Shown in pieces: positions 27,079-36,051 of a DNA stretch of 64,000 nt. The stretch spans positions 5,708 through 69,707 of the IMG/VR virus record IMGVR_UViG_2930734477_000003; one strand, written 5' to 3'. The notes under the pieces were generated by a model. The model did no database searches, had not been told where the DNA came from, and saw only the letters and a list, made by a program, of their open reading frames with translations. Each line of letters starts with the position of its first letter. The stretch's first letter is position 1. Source of the DNA: a virus. Its lineage: Duplodnaviria > Caudoviricetes. The translations under genes were made by a program, and so were the position numbers.

Positions 27079-27288
27079 ATGAGCGACTCTCCCGAGCAGT
27101 CCATCCGCGGCGAGCTGCTGGCCGCGATCCGGAGCCAGGCCGACCGTGCGCGTGTCCTCGACCCTCAGGCGGGGGCGGCCGCGTTGCGGGACCTCGCCGA
27201 GGCGTACTCCATCCTCACCGCCCAGCCGCTGCCGCTCCTGGGCGACGAAATGCCCCCGGCCGGCACGTACCAGATGACCTCCCGCTGA
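27079..27288 (+). CDS. Small hypothetical protein, probably leaderless
   Basis: MSDSPEQ...ALRDLAEAY; CATCCT 6 nt before ATG. Confidence 0.6.
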   Translation: MSDSPEQSIRGELLAAIRSQADRARVLDPQAGAAALRDLAEAYSILTAQPLPLLGDEMPPAGTYQMTSR

Positions 27289-27580
27289 CCCGACAGCCGC
27301 GGCCCCCGTCGACGCAGGATGGCCGTGGCATTCTGAGCCCAGGGGCGTCCCGTGCGTGGCTGGCCAGCACGCGCCCTCAGCGCGGCCGGTTGCAGGGAAA
27401 CGGGTAGTGCCGGACCTTGACCGCTGCGGCCGTCCGACGGCGGGACCCGGACGGCACAGCGTGGTGGTCCGGAAGGCCGGGTAGCGTCCGGTGCCGGCGG
27501 GAGACGGGAACCCGCCCGGACCGCCCCCGAGGGCCCCCGCCGACCTGGGAACGGCTGGGGCCTTCGGCGTGCGGCAGACG

Positions 27581-28033
27581 CTACGGCCGCCACTCCTCCC
27601 GGAACCCCGGCCGATCCGCGTACACGGCGGCCTTGCGCTTGGCCCACCGCTCCAGCACGTGCAGCATCGCAGGCAGGTAGTCGGCCTCACGGCGCAGCGC
27701 GGCTCTGCGGATCGGGTCGTCGTCTCCGGCCTCTGTCAGCCTGCTCGACTCTCGCCGGTGCGCCTCGTGAGCGCGGATGAGGCGGTCGTATTCGGCGAGC
27801 AATTCGCGGTCGGCCTCGATCTCCATCAGCACCCGCGCCGGATCCCACGCCGCGATGTGCGCCCGCGTCTCCTCCAGGGGAACGTATGCCACGGTCCCGG
27901 CGTTGGCGTCGTCGCGGAGCTCTCCGTCCATGTCGAAGTTTCTCCACGCTGTTCCCGGCTGTCTGGTGCCCCGCGCGATCCGCTCGTCCTCCTCAAGTTG
28001 GGCGCTCACGAAGTTCACCAGGTCGCTGCTCAT
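27581..28033 (-). CDS. DUF6221-family protein (copy 3)
   Basis: FxxAQLEEDERIA...HIAAWDPARVL..EIEADR...YADRPGFREEW. Confidence 0.85.
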   Translation of the reverse strand: MSSDLVNFVSAQLEEDERIARGTRQPGTAWRNFDMDGELRDDANAGTVAYVPLEETRAHIAAWDPARVLMEIEADRELLAEYDRLIRAHEAHRRESSRLTEAGDDDPIRRAALRREADYLPAMLHVLERWAKRKAAVYADRPGFREEWRP

Positions 28034-28476
28034 GTCGTCGGCCTCGCGTCCGGGCGCCACTCTTCCCGGTAGCCGGGCCGGTCCGCGTAGGCGAAGGCGT
28101 CCCGGCGGACGACACGCCGCAAGACCGTCCACTCGGCGCGCACCGTGTTGTAGCGGGCGGTGTCTCGGTCCCGCGCCGCCTGGTCCATCTTCACCTCGGC
28201 GGCCGCCAGTTCGGCCAGGTTCTGCCGCTTGGCCGCAAGCTCCGCCACCGCCCGCGTCGGATCATGTGCGAGCAGATACTCGATCGCGGGGCGCTCGGGC
28301 CAGCAGGAGACGCGACCGTCGAGTGTCCCGCCGACCGAGCAGATCACGTGGCTGCCGCCCGCATCCACGATGCTGCCGCTGCCGGTGAGGGACCACGGGC
28401 CGAATGGGGCAGCCCACGCGATCCGCTCGTCCTCCTCGAGCTGGACGGTCATGAAGTTCACCAGGTCGCTGCTCAT
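28030..28476 (-). CDS. DUF6221-family protein (copy 2)
   Basis: QLEEDERIA...HDPTRAVAELAAKR...YADRPGYREEW. Confidence 0.85.
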   Translation of the reverse strand: MSSDLVNFMTVQLEEDERIAWAAPFGPWSLTGSGSIVDAGGSHVICSVGGTLDGRVSCWPERPAIEYLLAHDPTRAVAELAAKRQNLAELAAAEVKMDQAARDRDTARYNTVRAEWTVLRRVVRRDAFAYADRPGYREEWRPDARPTT

Positions 28477-28910
28477 GTCGTCGGCCCCGCCTCCGGACGC
28501 CATGACGCCTGGTAGCCCGGCCTGTGCGCGTAGGGCAGGGCGGCCAGGCGTACGGCGATGGCGAGTGCGTTGGCGTACCCGTTCGCGTATTCCCAGTCGT
28601 TGATGTCGCTCGCGGCGACCTTGGTGTAGGCCGTGAGGAGCTGCCGCTTGGCGTCGATCTCCTGGAGCACCCGCGCCGGATCGTGCTCCGCGACATGGGG
28701 GACCAGGCCGGGCGTCCCGATCTTGGGGTATCGCCAGTCGTCCGCAGTCACCGCCGTCGACTGGCGTCCCGAAGGAGTCAGCCGGGCGGCGAGCACGACG
28801 TTCCGCGCCACGTCTACCCGCCAGTGGGCATCCACGAAATGGAGGGCCCCGGTCGCGATCCGCTCATCCTCGTCGAGCTGCGCGTGCAGCCACTGCACCA
28901 GTTCATGCAT
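28473..28910 (-). CDS. DUF6221-family protein (copy 1)
   Basis: QLDEDERIA...HDPARVLQEIDAKR...PYAHRPGYQASW. Confidence 0.85.
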   Translation of the reverse strand: MHELVQWLHAQLDEDERIATGALHFVDAHWRVDVARNVVLAARLTPSGRQSTAVTADDWRYPKIGTPGLVPHVAEHDPARVLQEIDAKRQLLTAYTKVAASDINDWEYANGYANALAIAVRLAALPYAHRPGYQASWRPEAGPTT

Positions 28911-29124
28911 CCTGCGTCTCCGTGGCGGGCTGCTCGGTGATGGTGGTGATGCGTTCCATCAGGCGGTGCTGCCAGTTCGGCTGCTGCTCACGCCGCCAGG
29001 CGAGCTTCTCCAGCGCCTTGGCCTTCGACTCCCACGAGAAGCGGAGTCCCTGCTGTTGCCATGACTGGCTGGGGGCGGGCCGGGACTGGATGAAGTACGC
29101 CACCGTGGTGGTGTTGTCGGGCAT
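28903..29124 (-). CDS. Hypothetical protein
   Basis: 73 aa; coupled; GGAAGGA RBS. Confidence 0.65.
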   Translation of the reverse strand: MPDNTTTVAYFIQSRPAPSQSWQQQGLRFSWESKAKALEKLAWRREQQPNWQHRLMERITTITEQPATETQDA

Positions 29125-29127
29125 GGG

Positions 29128-29349
29128 TCAGTCCTTCCAGGTGATGCCGTTGTTGGCGAACGCGCGGACGATCGCCGGGTCGTCGAGGAAGAGCTGAAGC
29201 GAGTCCAGCTCCGTGTCCCAGTCCTCCTGCTGGAGGTTGGCGATCAAGTCGCTGAGGACGCGCTCCTTCACCTCGTCGGACGCGCCGGCCTCGATCAGCG
29301 AGCGGGCGACCGGGTCGAAGAACGTGTAGCCAGCACTACCGAATCCCAT
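29128..29349 (-). CDS. Hypothetical acidic protein
   Basis: MGFGSAGYTFFDPVA...QEDWDT; GAGGAGG RBS. Confidence 0.7.
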   Translation of the reverse strand: MGFGSAGYTFFDPVARSLIEAGASDEVKERVLSDLIANLQQEDWDTELDSLQLFLDDPAIVRAFANNGITWKD

Positions 29350-29351
29350 GG

Positions 29352-29708
29352 TCAGCGCCTCCTCGTTGGTGGTCCGTACGGGGACTGCCAGGCCGGGCGA
29401 TCCCGTCGAGCGACAGGGCGGCCTTCCTGGTCGATGAGACCGGCTTGGCGGAGCGCCTGGCCGTACGCCTCGATGCCGCGCGCGAGTGCCTCCACGACCG
29501 GCTTGACGGCTTCGGCGTACGCCCAGACGAAGGCGATGGCGGCGTCGCGGACGGCCCGGCTCTGTTCGGTGTGGTGGAGCTGGAGCAGCGGGGTGCGCTC
29601 CGAGGCAGGTGGCGGGTCGGGGATGTCGGCGCGCAGTTCGACGGAGGTGACGCCGGGGATCTCGTGCCACTCGCCGTCCTCGCCGAGGGCCTCCAGGCGG
29701 GCTGTCAT
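29352..29708 (-). CDS. Hypothetical protein
   Basis: Ends RDRPAWQSPYGPP; coupled. Confidence 0.7.
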   Translation of the reverse strand: MTARLEALGEDGEWHEIPGVTSVELRADIPDPPPASERTPLLQLHHTEQSRAVRDAAIAFVWAYAEAVKPVVEALARGIEAYGQALRQAGLIDQEGRPVARRDRPAWQSPYGPPTRRR

Positions 29709-30382
29709 GACGGGTCCTCGGGGGTGTTGGCGGGCGGGAGGATGGCGTTGCGGATGCGGGCGGCGGTCTCGTAGCGGTTGGCGGTCCAGGGCGCGCCAGC
29801 GTGGATGAGAGCAGCGACGTGGTGGACGCGTACGAGGGCGGCCTCGGCCTGCTCCGCGCGGGCCAGCGTCTCGCGCGCCTTCACGATCGGGTCCTTGTGG
29901 GGGCCGCCGAACACGTCGCAGACGGCTCGCAGCATGTTGTCGGCGGCGAGCCGTCCGGCTTCGGCCTGCTCGGCGCGCTGCAACAGTTTGTGTCCGAGTG
30001 TCGCGGACTCGCCCAGCTTGGCTTCGGCCTGCTCGGCGAGGGTTCGCATCTCCTCCCAGTCCAGCCGGAGCCGATCGGCCTCGCGCCCCAGCGAGTCCCG
30101 CTCCGCCGCCACGGTCTCGGGCTGGGGCGGGAGTTTACCCGCGAGGTACGCCTCGCCGATCGCGGCCGACAGCCGCTGCACCATCGCCTCCATCGCACCC
30201 TCAGCCGTACCTCCGTCGAGGATCTCCACGGAGGCGGCAAGGCCGGAGAGCATGCCGGAGAGGAACATCTGCGTCGGCGTCGGTGCGTCTTCGAGCTGGT
30301 GCTTGATCTCGTCGGCGACGGCTTTGATGTGGCGGCGGGCGCGGTCGGCGGATGTCCGCGCGGGTGGGGTCGGGCGGCTCAT
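29705..30382 (-). CDS. Hypothetical coiled-coil protein
   Basis: Repeated RAEQAEA; ATGA overlaps. Confidence 0.7.
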   Translation of the reverse strand: MSRPTPPARTSADRARRHIKAVADEIKHQLEDAPTPTQMFLSGMLSGLAASVEILDGGTAEGAMEAMVQRLSAAIGEAYLAGKLPPQPETVAAERDSLGREADRLRLDWEEMRTLAEQAEAKLGESATLGHKLLQRAEQAEAGRLAADNMLRAVCDVFGGPHKDPIVKARETLARAEQAEAALVRVHHVAALIHAGAPWTANRYETAARIRNAILPPANTPEDPS

Positions 30383-30723
30383 CGGCTGCTCCAGGGGTGG
30401 TCGGGGAGGTGGAGGGTGATGCGGCGGAACTCGTCCGTGCACCGGGCGTCGTGTGCCTGCCCGCTGGACGTGTGGGCGAGGAGGCAGCAGGGGTTCAACG
30501 GGGGAGGCGCCTCCCCGAGTACGCGACGGCGTTCCCATGCGGCTTCGGCGGTGGTGCGGTAGCACCAGCCGTACGCGGCGCATCCGTGCGGGTCGTCGTC
30601 GTGCACGCACACGAGGCGGTGGTTGACGAGCATGGGTACGGCGATCCACCGGCAGCCGGACTCGTGCGCGATGACGAGGCCTTGCCACAGGGGGTCCGTC
30701 CGGGGGTTCTCGATGAGGTTCAT
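30379..30723 (-). CDS. Hypothetical protein
   Basis: MNLIENP...YGWCY; coupled. Confidence 0.6.
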   Translation of the reverse strand: MNLIENPRTDPLWQGLVIAHESGCRWIAVPMLVNHRLVCVHDDDPHGCAAYGWCYRTTAEAAWERRRVLGEAPPPLNPCCLLAHTSSGQAHDARCTDEFRRITLHLPDHPWSSR

Positions 30724-32027
30724 CCTGCGCTGTCCCCGTCCTCCGGCTGCCGCTTCTGGCTGGCCCGCCAGGTAGCGACGACGCATTCCTGTGAGCAGTA
30801 CGGCCGGCCATCACCTGTCAGGAACACGTGGTCGTCCGCCGCGTAGTCGGTGAGGTCGTCGCCGCAACGCGGGCAGCGGGGACGCTCCGGTGTGCCAGGA
30901 CACGAGTCCGACGCTTCCTCGTCGTCGGCGTCGTTGAGTGCGGCGGTCAGTGCGCGCCGCAGACGAGCCGCCTCGTCGAGCGGGAGGACAAGCTGGCCCG
31001 CCGGGACCGACCGGGCGAGGTTGACCGCCCTGCTGATCGGCACGGTGATCCGGCCGTCTTCGTGGGTGACGTCTGCGGACTCGCCCCAGAGCAGTAGCGG
31101 CAACGACTCCGGCTCGTCGGCGGCGGGTGTCTCCGGGGCGGCGGGCTGGGCCTCGGCGTCAGCCACCAGGCGCGGCCACGGCCCACCATGACGGCCGGTC
31201 AGACGCCGCTCCGGGTGCACGACGCTGAAATGTGCGCTCGCCCCGCTCGGCGTGTGGAGGGTGACGGGGTGCGGGCAGAGGGGGCAAGGACCGGCGGTGA
31301 GGTCGATGTCGGCGGCCTCCCGGAGTACGGCGGCCCGGGCGGTGGCCGGGTAGTGATGTGCGCGGACGCGGTGCAGCCAGGCGTCGACGGCGGCCTCGTC
31401 GGGCTGGTCGGGGAGGGCGGAGCGGTTCTCGTCGAAGGCGGTTTCGTACCGGGCGAGGAGGGGTCGGGCGGCTGCCGGGTCGGCGGCGACCTGTGCGCCG
31501 AAGTCGTGGTAGGCGTCGGGGTCGTCGACGCGGATGGTGAGCCGGCCGGTGGTGTACAGCTCCAGGCCCTGGTGGCAGAGCCGCTTGAGGTGGCGGGCGT
31601 GCTTGGCGGTGCGCTTGCGGGTGTCGGCGGAGAAGCTGCCGTCGCCGCGGGCTTCGAGGCGGCGGAACTGCTGGGTGGCGTAGCCGAGGTAGGCGTCGCG
31701 GACCTTCTTCGCGGACAGGAATGCGGTGCGGATGCCGATCAGCTCGTCGCCGAGGGGGGTGCGGACTTCGTACAGCTCGTCGGGGAGCCAGACGAGTTCC
31801 ATGACGGTGGGGTTGCCGCCGAGGGCGAGGCGGCACCACTTGGCGGCTTCGTGGAGGGTGCGGTCCGGGCTGGTGGTGACGTGGGACTCGGCCGGCTTGT
31901 GGAGGCCGTGCAACTGCTGGGTGGGGGTGGCGAAGATGCCGAGCCGGTCGGTGTCGGAGCCGGGCCGGGCGAGGCCGTACGCGGTCGAGCCGACGATCCC
32001 GGACAGGAGCACGTTGATGTGCTTCAT
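30720..32027 (-). CDS. Pol-beta-superfamily nucleotidyltransferase (YcgL/RlaP-like) with Zn-finger C-terminal extension
   Basis: VGSTAYGLARPGSDTDRLG; NPTVMELVW; GYATQQ; KHARHLKRL. Confidence 0.85.
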   Translation of the reverse strand: MKHINVLLSGIVGSTAYGLARPGSDTDRLGIFATPTQQLHGLHKPAESHVTTSPDRTLHEAAKWCRLALGGNPTVMELVWLPDELYEVRTPLGDELIGIRTAFLSAKKVRDAYLGYATQQFRRLEARGDGSFSADTRKRTAKHARHLKRLCHQGLELYTTGRLTIRVDDPDAYHDFGAQVAADPAAARPLLARYETAFDENRSALPDQPDEAAVDAWLHRVRAHHYPATARAAVLREAADIDLTAGPCPLCPHPVTLHTPSGASAHFSVVHPERRLTGRHGGPWPRLVADAEAQPAAPETPAADEPESLPLLLWGESADVTHEDGRITVPISRAVNLARSVPAGQLVLPLDEAARLRRALTAALNDADDEEASDSCPGTPERPRCPRCGDDLTDYAADDHVFLTGDGRPYCSQECVVATWRASQKRQPEDGDSAG

Positions 32028-32509
32028 CGGGGCTCCTCAACTGGGCTGAGACGAGGTTCGATGTAGGCGTGTCGGTAGTGCGGGATGGGGTCGACGGCCG
32101 GGAGCAGGACGCGCTCGCCGCCGTCGATCTCCTCGCCGTCCCGGTGGTAGACCGGCCCGTCGGGGTCTTCGTGCTCGGCTTCCCACTGGGTCAGGTCTTC
32201 CGGGGACAGGCCGTCGGGTGGGGTCTCGCCTCGGTACCAGTCCTCGGTGATGCCGAGCCGGGTCATCTGCTGTTCGGTCAGGTCGGACACCTGATGCTCG
32301 GTGGCGGCTTCGACCTTGAAGCGCTCGGGCTGCTCGATGTGCCCGTAGGCGGCATGGAGTTCCTCGAGGCAGGCGACCATGCGTTCCTGCCATTCGATGG
32401 GCATGGACTGCATAAGGGTTCGGTGGAGTACCAGGTAGTTGCAGTAGCTGAGGCTGAACCATCCGTGGATGGGGCCGTCGGTGAGGTTGCTGGCGCTCTG
32501 CCGTGTCAC
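32024..32509 (-). CDS. Hypothetical protein
   Basis: IHGWFSLSYCNYLVLHRTLMQSMPIEWQ...DPIPHYRH. Confidence 0.75.
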   Translation of the reverse strand: MTRQSASNLTDGPIHGWFSLSYCNYLVLHRTLMQSMPIEWQERMVACLEELHAAYGHIEQPERFKVEAATEHQVSDLTEQQMTRLGITEDWYRGETPPDGLSPEDLTQWEAEHEDPDGPVYHRDGEEIDGGERVLLPAVDPIPHYRHAYIEPRLSPVEEPR

Positions 32510-32727
32510 AGCCGTCCTCCTTGGGTGTGCTGGGTGATGTGGGCGTGGGCGGCCGCCATGCAGGCGTGCCATCCGGGGCGGTCCAGGGACGACGAGCGGG
32601 CGATGAGCATCGGCACGCCTCCGCTGCCGCAGGGCCGGCAGACGGCGCCCCAGGCGCGGCCGGCGGCGGTGTTGCTGAAGCCGACGGGCGGGAAGCTCGC
32701 GGCGCGGACCTGGAGGGGCGCGGTCAT
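32506..32727 (-). CDS. Small Zn-finger-like protein
   Basis: CRPC...AHAH; coupled. Confidence 0.55.
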   Translation of the reverse strand: MTAPLQVRAASFPPVGFSNTAAGRAWGAVCRPCGSGGVPMLIARSSSLDRPGWHACMAAAHAHITQHTQGGRL

Positions 32728-33713
32728 CGGGTGGCCTCCACGGCGGGCGAGTCGGCGGCGTCGAAGTCGAGGACGCCTTGGGCGAACCGCTGCTTGGCGA
32801 GGTCGTGGTACGCCGGCTTGAGGTCGACGCCGACATACTTCCGACCGAGCTGGCGGGCCGCGGCGCCCGTGGTGCCGGACCCGGAGAACGGGTCGAGGAC
32901 AGTCCCGCCCGGCCGGCAGCCGGCCTTGATGCAGCGCAGCGGCAGGTCGATCGGGAACACGGCGAAGTGGGCGCCAGGAAACGGGCGGGGCGAGATGTTC
33001 CAGACCGTTCCGGGATTCGGCCCCTTCTCGCTCGGAGCCAGCGAGGGGACGGTCTCCGTGGCGGCCGCGCCGGCCAGGCCATGTCGGGCCGGTGCTCCCA
33101 TGGCCTTGCGTTGTTCCCACGTGAGGCCGGGGCGTCCGCCCTTGGCCCGGATGGAGTCGAGGTCGAACCAGTACCGCGACGACTTCGTGAGCAGGAAGAG
33201 GTGCTCGTGCTTGACGGCGAGCCGGTCCTGGACGGACTCGGGCATGGCAGTCGACTTCGCCCAGATGATCTCGTTGCGGAGGATCCAGCCGTCGTCCTGG
33301 AGCGCGAGCGCCACACGCCACGGAATGCCCATCAGGTTCTTCTTGGGCAACGCTCGGGTGCCGGGCAGTCCTTCGGCGGTGTGCCTGCGCCCCTGCCGCT
33401 GTCCGCCGCCCTGCCGGCCGGCGCTGCCGGGCGGGTAGACGTAGCTGTCGCCGAGGTTGAGCCAGAGCGTGCCGTCGTCGGCGTGGACCCGCCGCGCCTC
33501 GGCAAACACGGCGCGCATCGTCTCGACGTAGGCCGCGGGCGTGGCCTCCAGGCCGTACTGGCCGTCGGTGCCGTAGTCGCGGAGCCCAAAGTAAGGCGGG
33601 GATGTGCAGATCATGTTGACTGACCGGTCGGGCATCTGACGCAGCGTCTCCAGCGCGTCTCCCAGCCAGAGCGTCACCTGCTCGTCGCGGTAGTACGTGG
33701 CGGGTGCGGTCAT
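32724..33713 (-). CDS. Orphan beta-class DNA methyltransferase (N4-cytosine type motif)
   Basis: TSPPY motif IV precedes DPFSGSGTT motif I. Confidence 0.92.
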   Translation of the reverse strand: MTAPATYYRDEQVTLWLGDALETLRQMPDRSVNMICTSPPYFGLRDYGTDGQYGLEATPAAYVETMRAVFAEARRVHADDGTLWLNLGDSYVYPPGSAGRQGGGQRQGRRHTAEGLPGTRALPKKNLMGIPWRVALALQDDGWILRNEIIWAKSTAMPESVQDRLAVKHEHLFLLTKSSRYWFDLDSIRAKGGRPGLTWEQRKAMGAPARHGLAGAAATETVPSLAPSEKGPNPGTVWNISPRPFPGAHFAVFPIDLPLRCIKAGCRPGGTVLDPFSGSGTTGAAARQLGRKYVGVDLKPAYHDLAKQRFAQGVLDFDAADSPAVEATR

Positions 33714-34081
33714 TCGCCGGTCACCTCCGCGTCGTCGGCCAGGCGGAGACCGCATGTGCTGTCTCCCCCGTGGCAGCGGACACCGTCCCGACCCGCGACG
33801 TGGACGTGCTGACCGGCCTTCACAGCCTGGTCGGCGATCGCCGCGGTGATGGCGGACTTCCCGGTCTGCCTGGCGTGCTGCACAGCGAGCCGCTGAAACG
33901 TCCGCTCCGTGGTCTCGCGAAGCCGCCGCATGGCCTGCTGGAACGCGTAGGTGTTAGGGAAGATGTGCGTCTCGGCGATCATGCCGTCGGGCAGCCGCCG
34001 CACGTAGTGGTACGGGCGGACCCGGCCGCGCTCGACCTGGTGCAGGGCGCGGTCGGCGTCCGGGTAGGGGCGGTGGCCCAT
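33710..34081 (-). CDS. Hypothetical protein
   Basis: 123 aa; coupled; ARQTGKS degenerate P-loop-like segment. Confidence 0.6.
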   Translation of the reverse strand: MGHRPYPDADRALHQVERGRVRPYHYVRRLPDGMIAETHIFPNTYAFQQAMRRLRETTERTFQRLAVQHARQTGKSAITAAIADQAVKAGQHVHVAGRDGVRCHGGDSTCGLRLADDAEVTGE

Positions 34082-34276
34082 TCAGATCACCTTCGTTCCG
34101 ATGAGCCACACGGCGCCGATGCCGGCGCAGAGCAGCAGCAGGCCCAGGAGGACGGCGGCGGCGACGGCCCTGCCCAGGGGTTCGCGCAGCAGTTCCCACA
34201 GCCAGACGCCGGCGAGCACGAGGAAGAGGACGGCGACGAGGCCGAGGCTGGTGTAGGCGAACAGGTCCATCGTCAT
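34082..34276 (-). CDS. Small two-TM membrane protein
   Basis: Two hydrophobic segments. Confidence 0.65.
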   Translation of the reverse strand: MTMDLFAYTSLGLVAVLFLVLAGVWLWELLREPLGRAVAAAVLLGLLLLCAGIGAVWLIGTKVI

Positions 34277-34623
34277 GACGGCTCCCCGATGCGTTGGAAC
34301 GCCCAGTCGCGGGGGCCGAGGTGGATGGCCCGGTACCGGCCCGGGCCCTCGGCGGGCGGCCCGGAGCGGCTGACGCAGAAGCGGTGCAGCTCGCAGTGCA
34401 TGAGGGCGTCGTCGAGGCGTTCGCGCAGCGGGTGGCGGATGGTGAAGCCGTCCGGGTCGAACTGGACGATGTGTTCGGTCTCGCGTTCCAGCAGGATGGC
34501 GGTGATGGCGTGGGGCCGGGGGCAGGTCGTGTCGGTGCAGGCGACGGTGCCGTCGGGGGCGCGCTGGAGGGTCTCGCCGCAGCCCATCGGGCAGTAGCCG
34601 GTGACCGGTATTGGTGTGCTCAC
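34273..34623 (-). CDS. DUF6085-like hypothetical protein
   Basis: GYCPMGCGETL...FTIRHPLRERL. Confidence 0.7.
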   Translation of the reverse strand: MSTPIPVTGYCPMGCGETLQRAPDGTVACTDTTCPRPHAITAILLERETEHIVQFDPDGFTIRHPLRERLDDALMHCELHRFCVSRSGPPAEGPGRYRAIHLGPRDWAFQRIGEPS

Positions 34624-35102
34624 GGGGTGGGGCCTTCCTGGCCGGTCTCTGGGGCGCGGCCCCAGAGCTTGCCGGCCTCGTTCTCGGTGATCGGGATCTC
34701 GCGGTACGGCCGGTCCGGGAGTGCCTCGCCGGTCTTGATGGCCCACCAGCCGGCGCAGACCATGGCGCCGAGCGGCAGGCCGCGGAACGTGGCGACCGGG
34801 GTGTAGGCGCCGAACGCGGAGACGGGCAGCCCCTGGTGGCAGTAGAACGGTTCGTCGTCGGGCAGTTGTACGCCGTTGGCCTCCAGTTCCGGGGAGCCTG
34901 GCCGGTAGGCGCAGTCGCCGCACGGGGTGCGCATCACGCCGGGTGGCCGCGGGGCGCGTTCGGCCGGGCCGCACGGGTCGTCGGTGAGCCCGGTGCCGGA
35001 GCAGTGGATGCAGCGCTCGCGGCTCTGGCCGTCCTTGCTGGGCTCGATGCCGCCGACGCAGAACGGGCATTTCCACGGGGTGATCGACAGTTCGCAGGTC
35101 AC
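34620..35102 (-). CDS. Cys-rich hypothetical protein
   Basis: CPFC, CIHC, CGDCAYRPGSPE, FYCHQG, CAGW. Confidence 0.7.
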   Translation of the reverse strand: MTCELSITPWKCPFCVGGIEPSKDGQSRERCIHCSGTGLTDDPCGPAERAPRPPGVMRTPCGDCAYRPGSPELEANGVQLPDDEPFYCHQGLPVSAFGAYTPVATFRGLPLGAMVCAGWWAIKTGEALPDRPYREIPITENEAGKLWGRAPETGQEGPTP

Positions 35103-35995
35103 CGGCCGTCCTCCGGGGTGAGTGCGCGGTCCAGGCGCTCCTGCCAGTCCGGGGCGAAGAGGTCGAGCACTGTCAGCCGGTGCTCGAACCGGAATGCCTT
35201 CCAGTGGTCGGGCGTCATCTCGAGGCCGTCGGGCGACGCGCGCAGGCCCTCCATGGAGATCCGCCACTGCTCGGAGTCCTCGAGGTCGTACCAGGCGTCC
35301 TGCAGTGCGCGCCGCTCGTGCTGCTGCTCTTCGGTGAGGGCGTCCCAGCGTTGTGCGCGCCCGTCGGGCCACGGCGGCATCCAGTCGCCCACGGAGGAGC
35401 TGGGGAAGTCGTCGGTGATCGAGAAGGAGGTGACCACCGGTTCGTCGTCGCGTTCCCGCAGGAGTGCGATCACGTCGTCCCAGCCCTGGCTGGTCCATCG
35501 TCCGGGCTCGGGGCCGTCGGCCCCGTGGTAGGGCATGCGCCGGCGGAAGACGCCGGAGTCGAGGCCGCCTTGCATGATGTCGGCGAGCCAGGCCCGGTTC
35601 GGGCCGTCGACCCAGGTGTGCAGTTCGCAGGCGCCGTGCAGGCGGGCGGCGAGCTTGACCTCGTCGCTGCCGACCTGGAGGGCGGTGTTGAGCGCCAGGG
35701 TGAACGTGTCGATGCGGCGGCCGGCGTGCTGAATCAGCGGGTCGTCGTCCGAGTAGTCGTGGAGGAAGGCGATGCGGTAGGCGGAGGCGGCGGGCATGCG
35801 GCCCGGGCGCCGGCCGGCGAACTCGGCGATGTAGTGGTCGGGCGAGGCCATGCTGATGAGACGGTCGACGCGCTCCGCGTCGTCGAGGCCGAGCACGCCG
35901 ACGGCCAGGTCCTCCACCAGGCTGCGCATCCATGCGCGTTCGGAGCCGCGCAGTTCGGCGGTGCGGGTGGGGCTGAGGAAATAGACGCGGGACAC
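35099..35995 (-). CDS. Hypothetical protein
   Basis: AGAAAGG RBS; AELRGSERAW...ARLHGACELH. Confidence 0.75.
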   Translation of the reverse strand: MSRVYFLSPTRTAELRGSERAWMRSLVEDLAVGVLGLDDAERVDRLISMASPDHYIAEFAGRRPGRMPAASAYRIAFLHDYSDDDPLIQHAGRRIDTFTLALNTALQVGSDEVKLAARLHGACELHTWVDGPNRAWLADIMQGGLDSGVFRRRMPYHGADGPEPGRWTSQGWDDVIALLRERDDEPVVTSFSITDDFPSSSVGDWMPPWPDGRAQRWDALTEEQQHERRALQDAWYDLEDSEQWRISMEGLRASPDGLEMTPDHWKAFRFEHRLTVLDLFAPDWQERLDRALTPEDGR

Positions 35996-36051
35996 GGGGT
36001 GCCTTTCTGTGGTGTGGTGTCGAGGCGGCCGCCTGGCGGCTGCCGGGCGGG

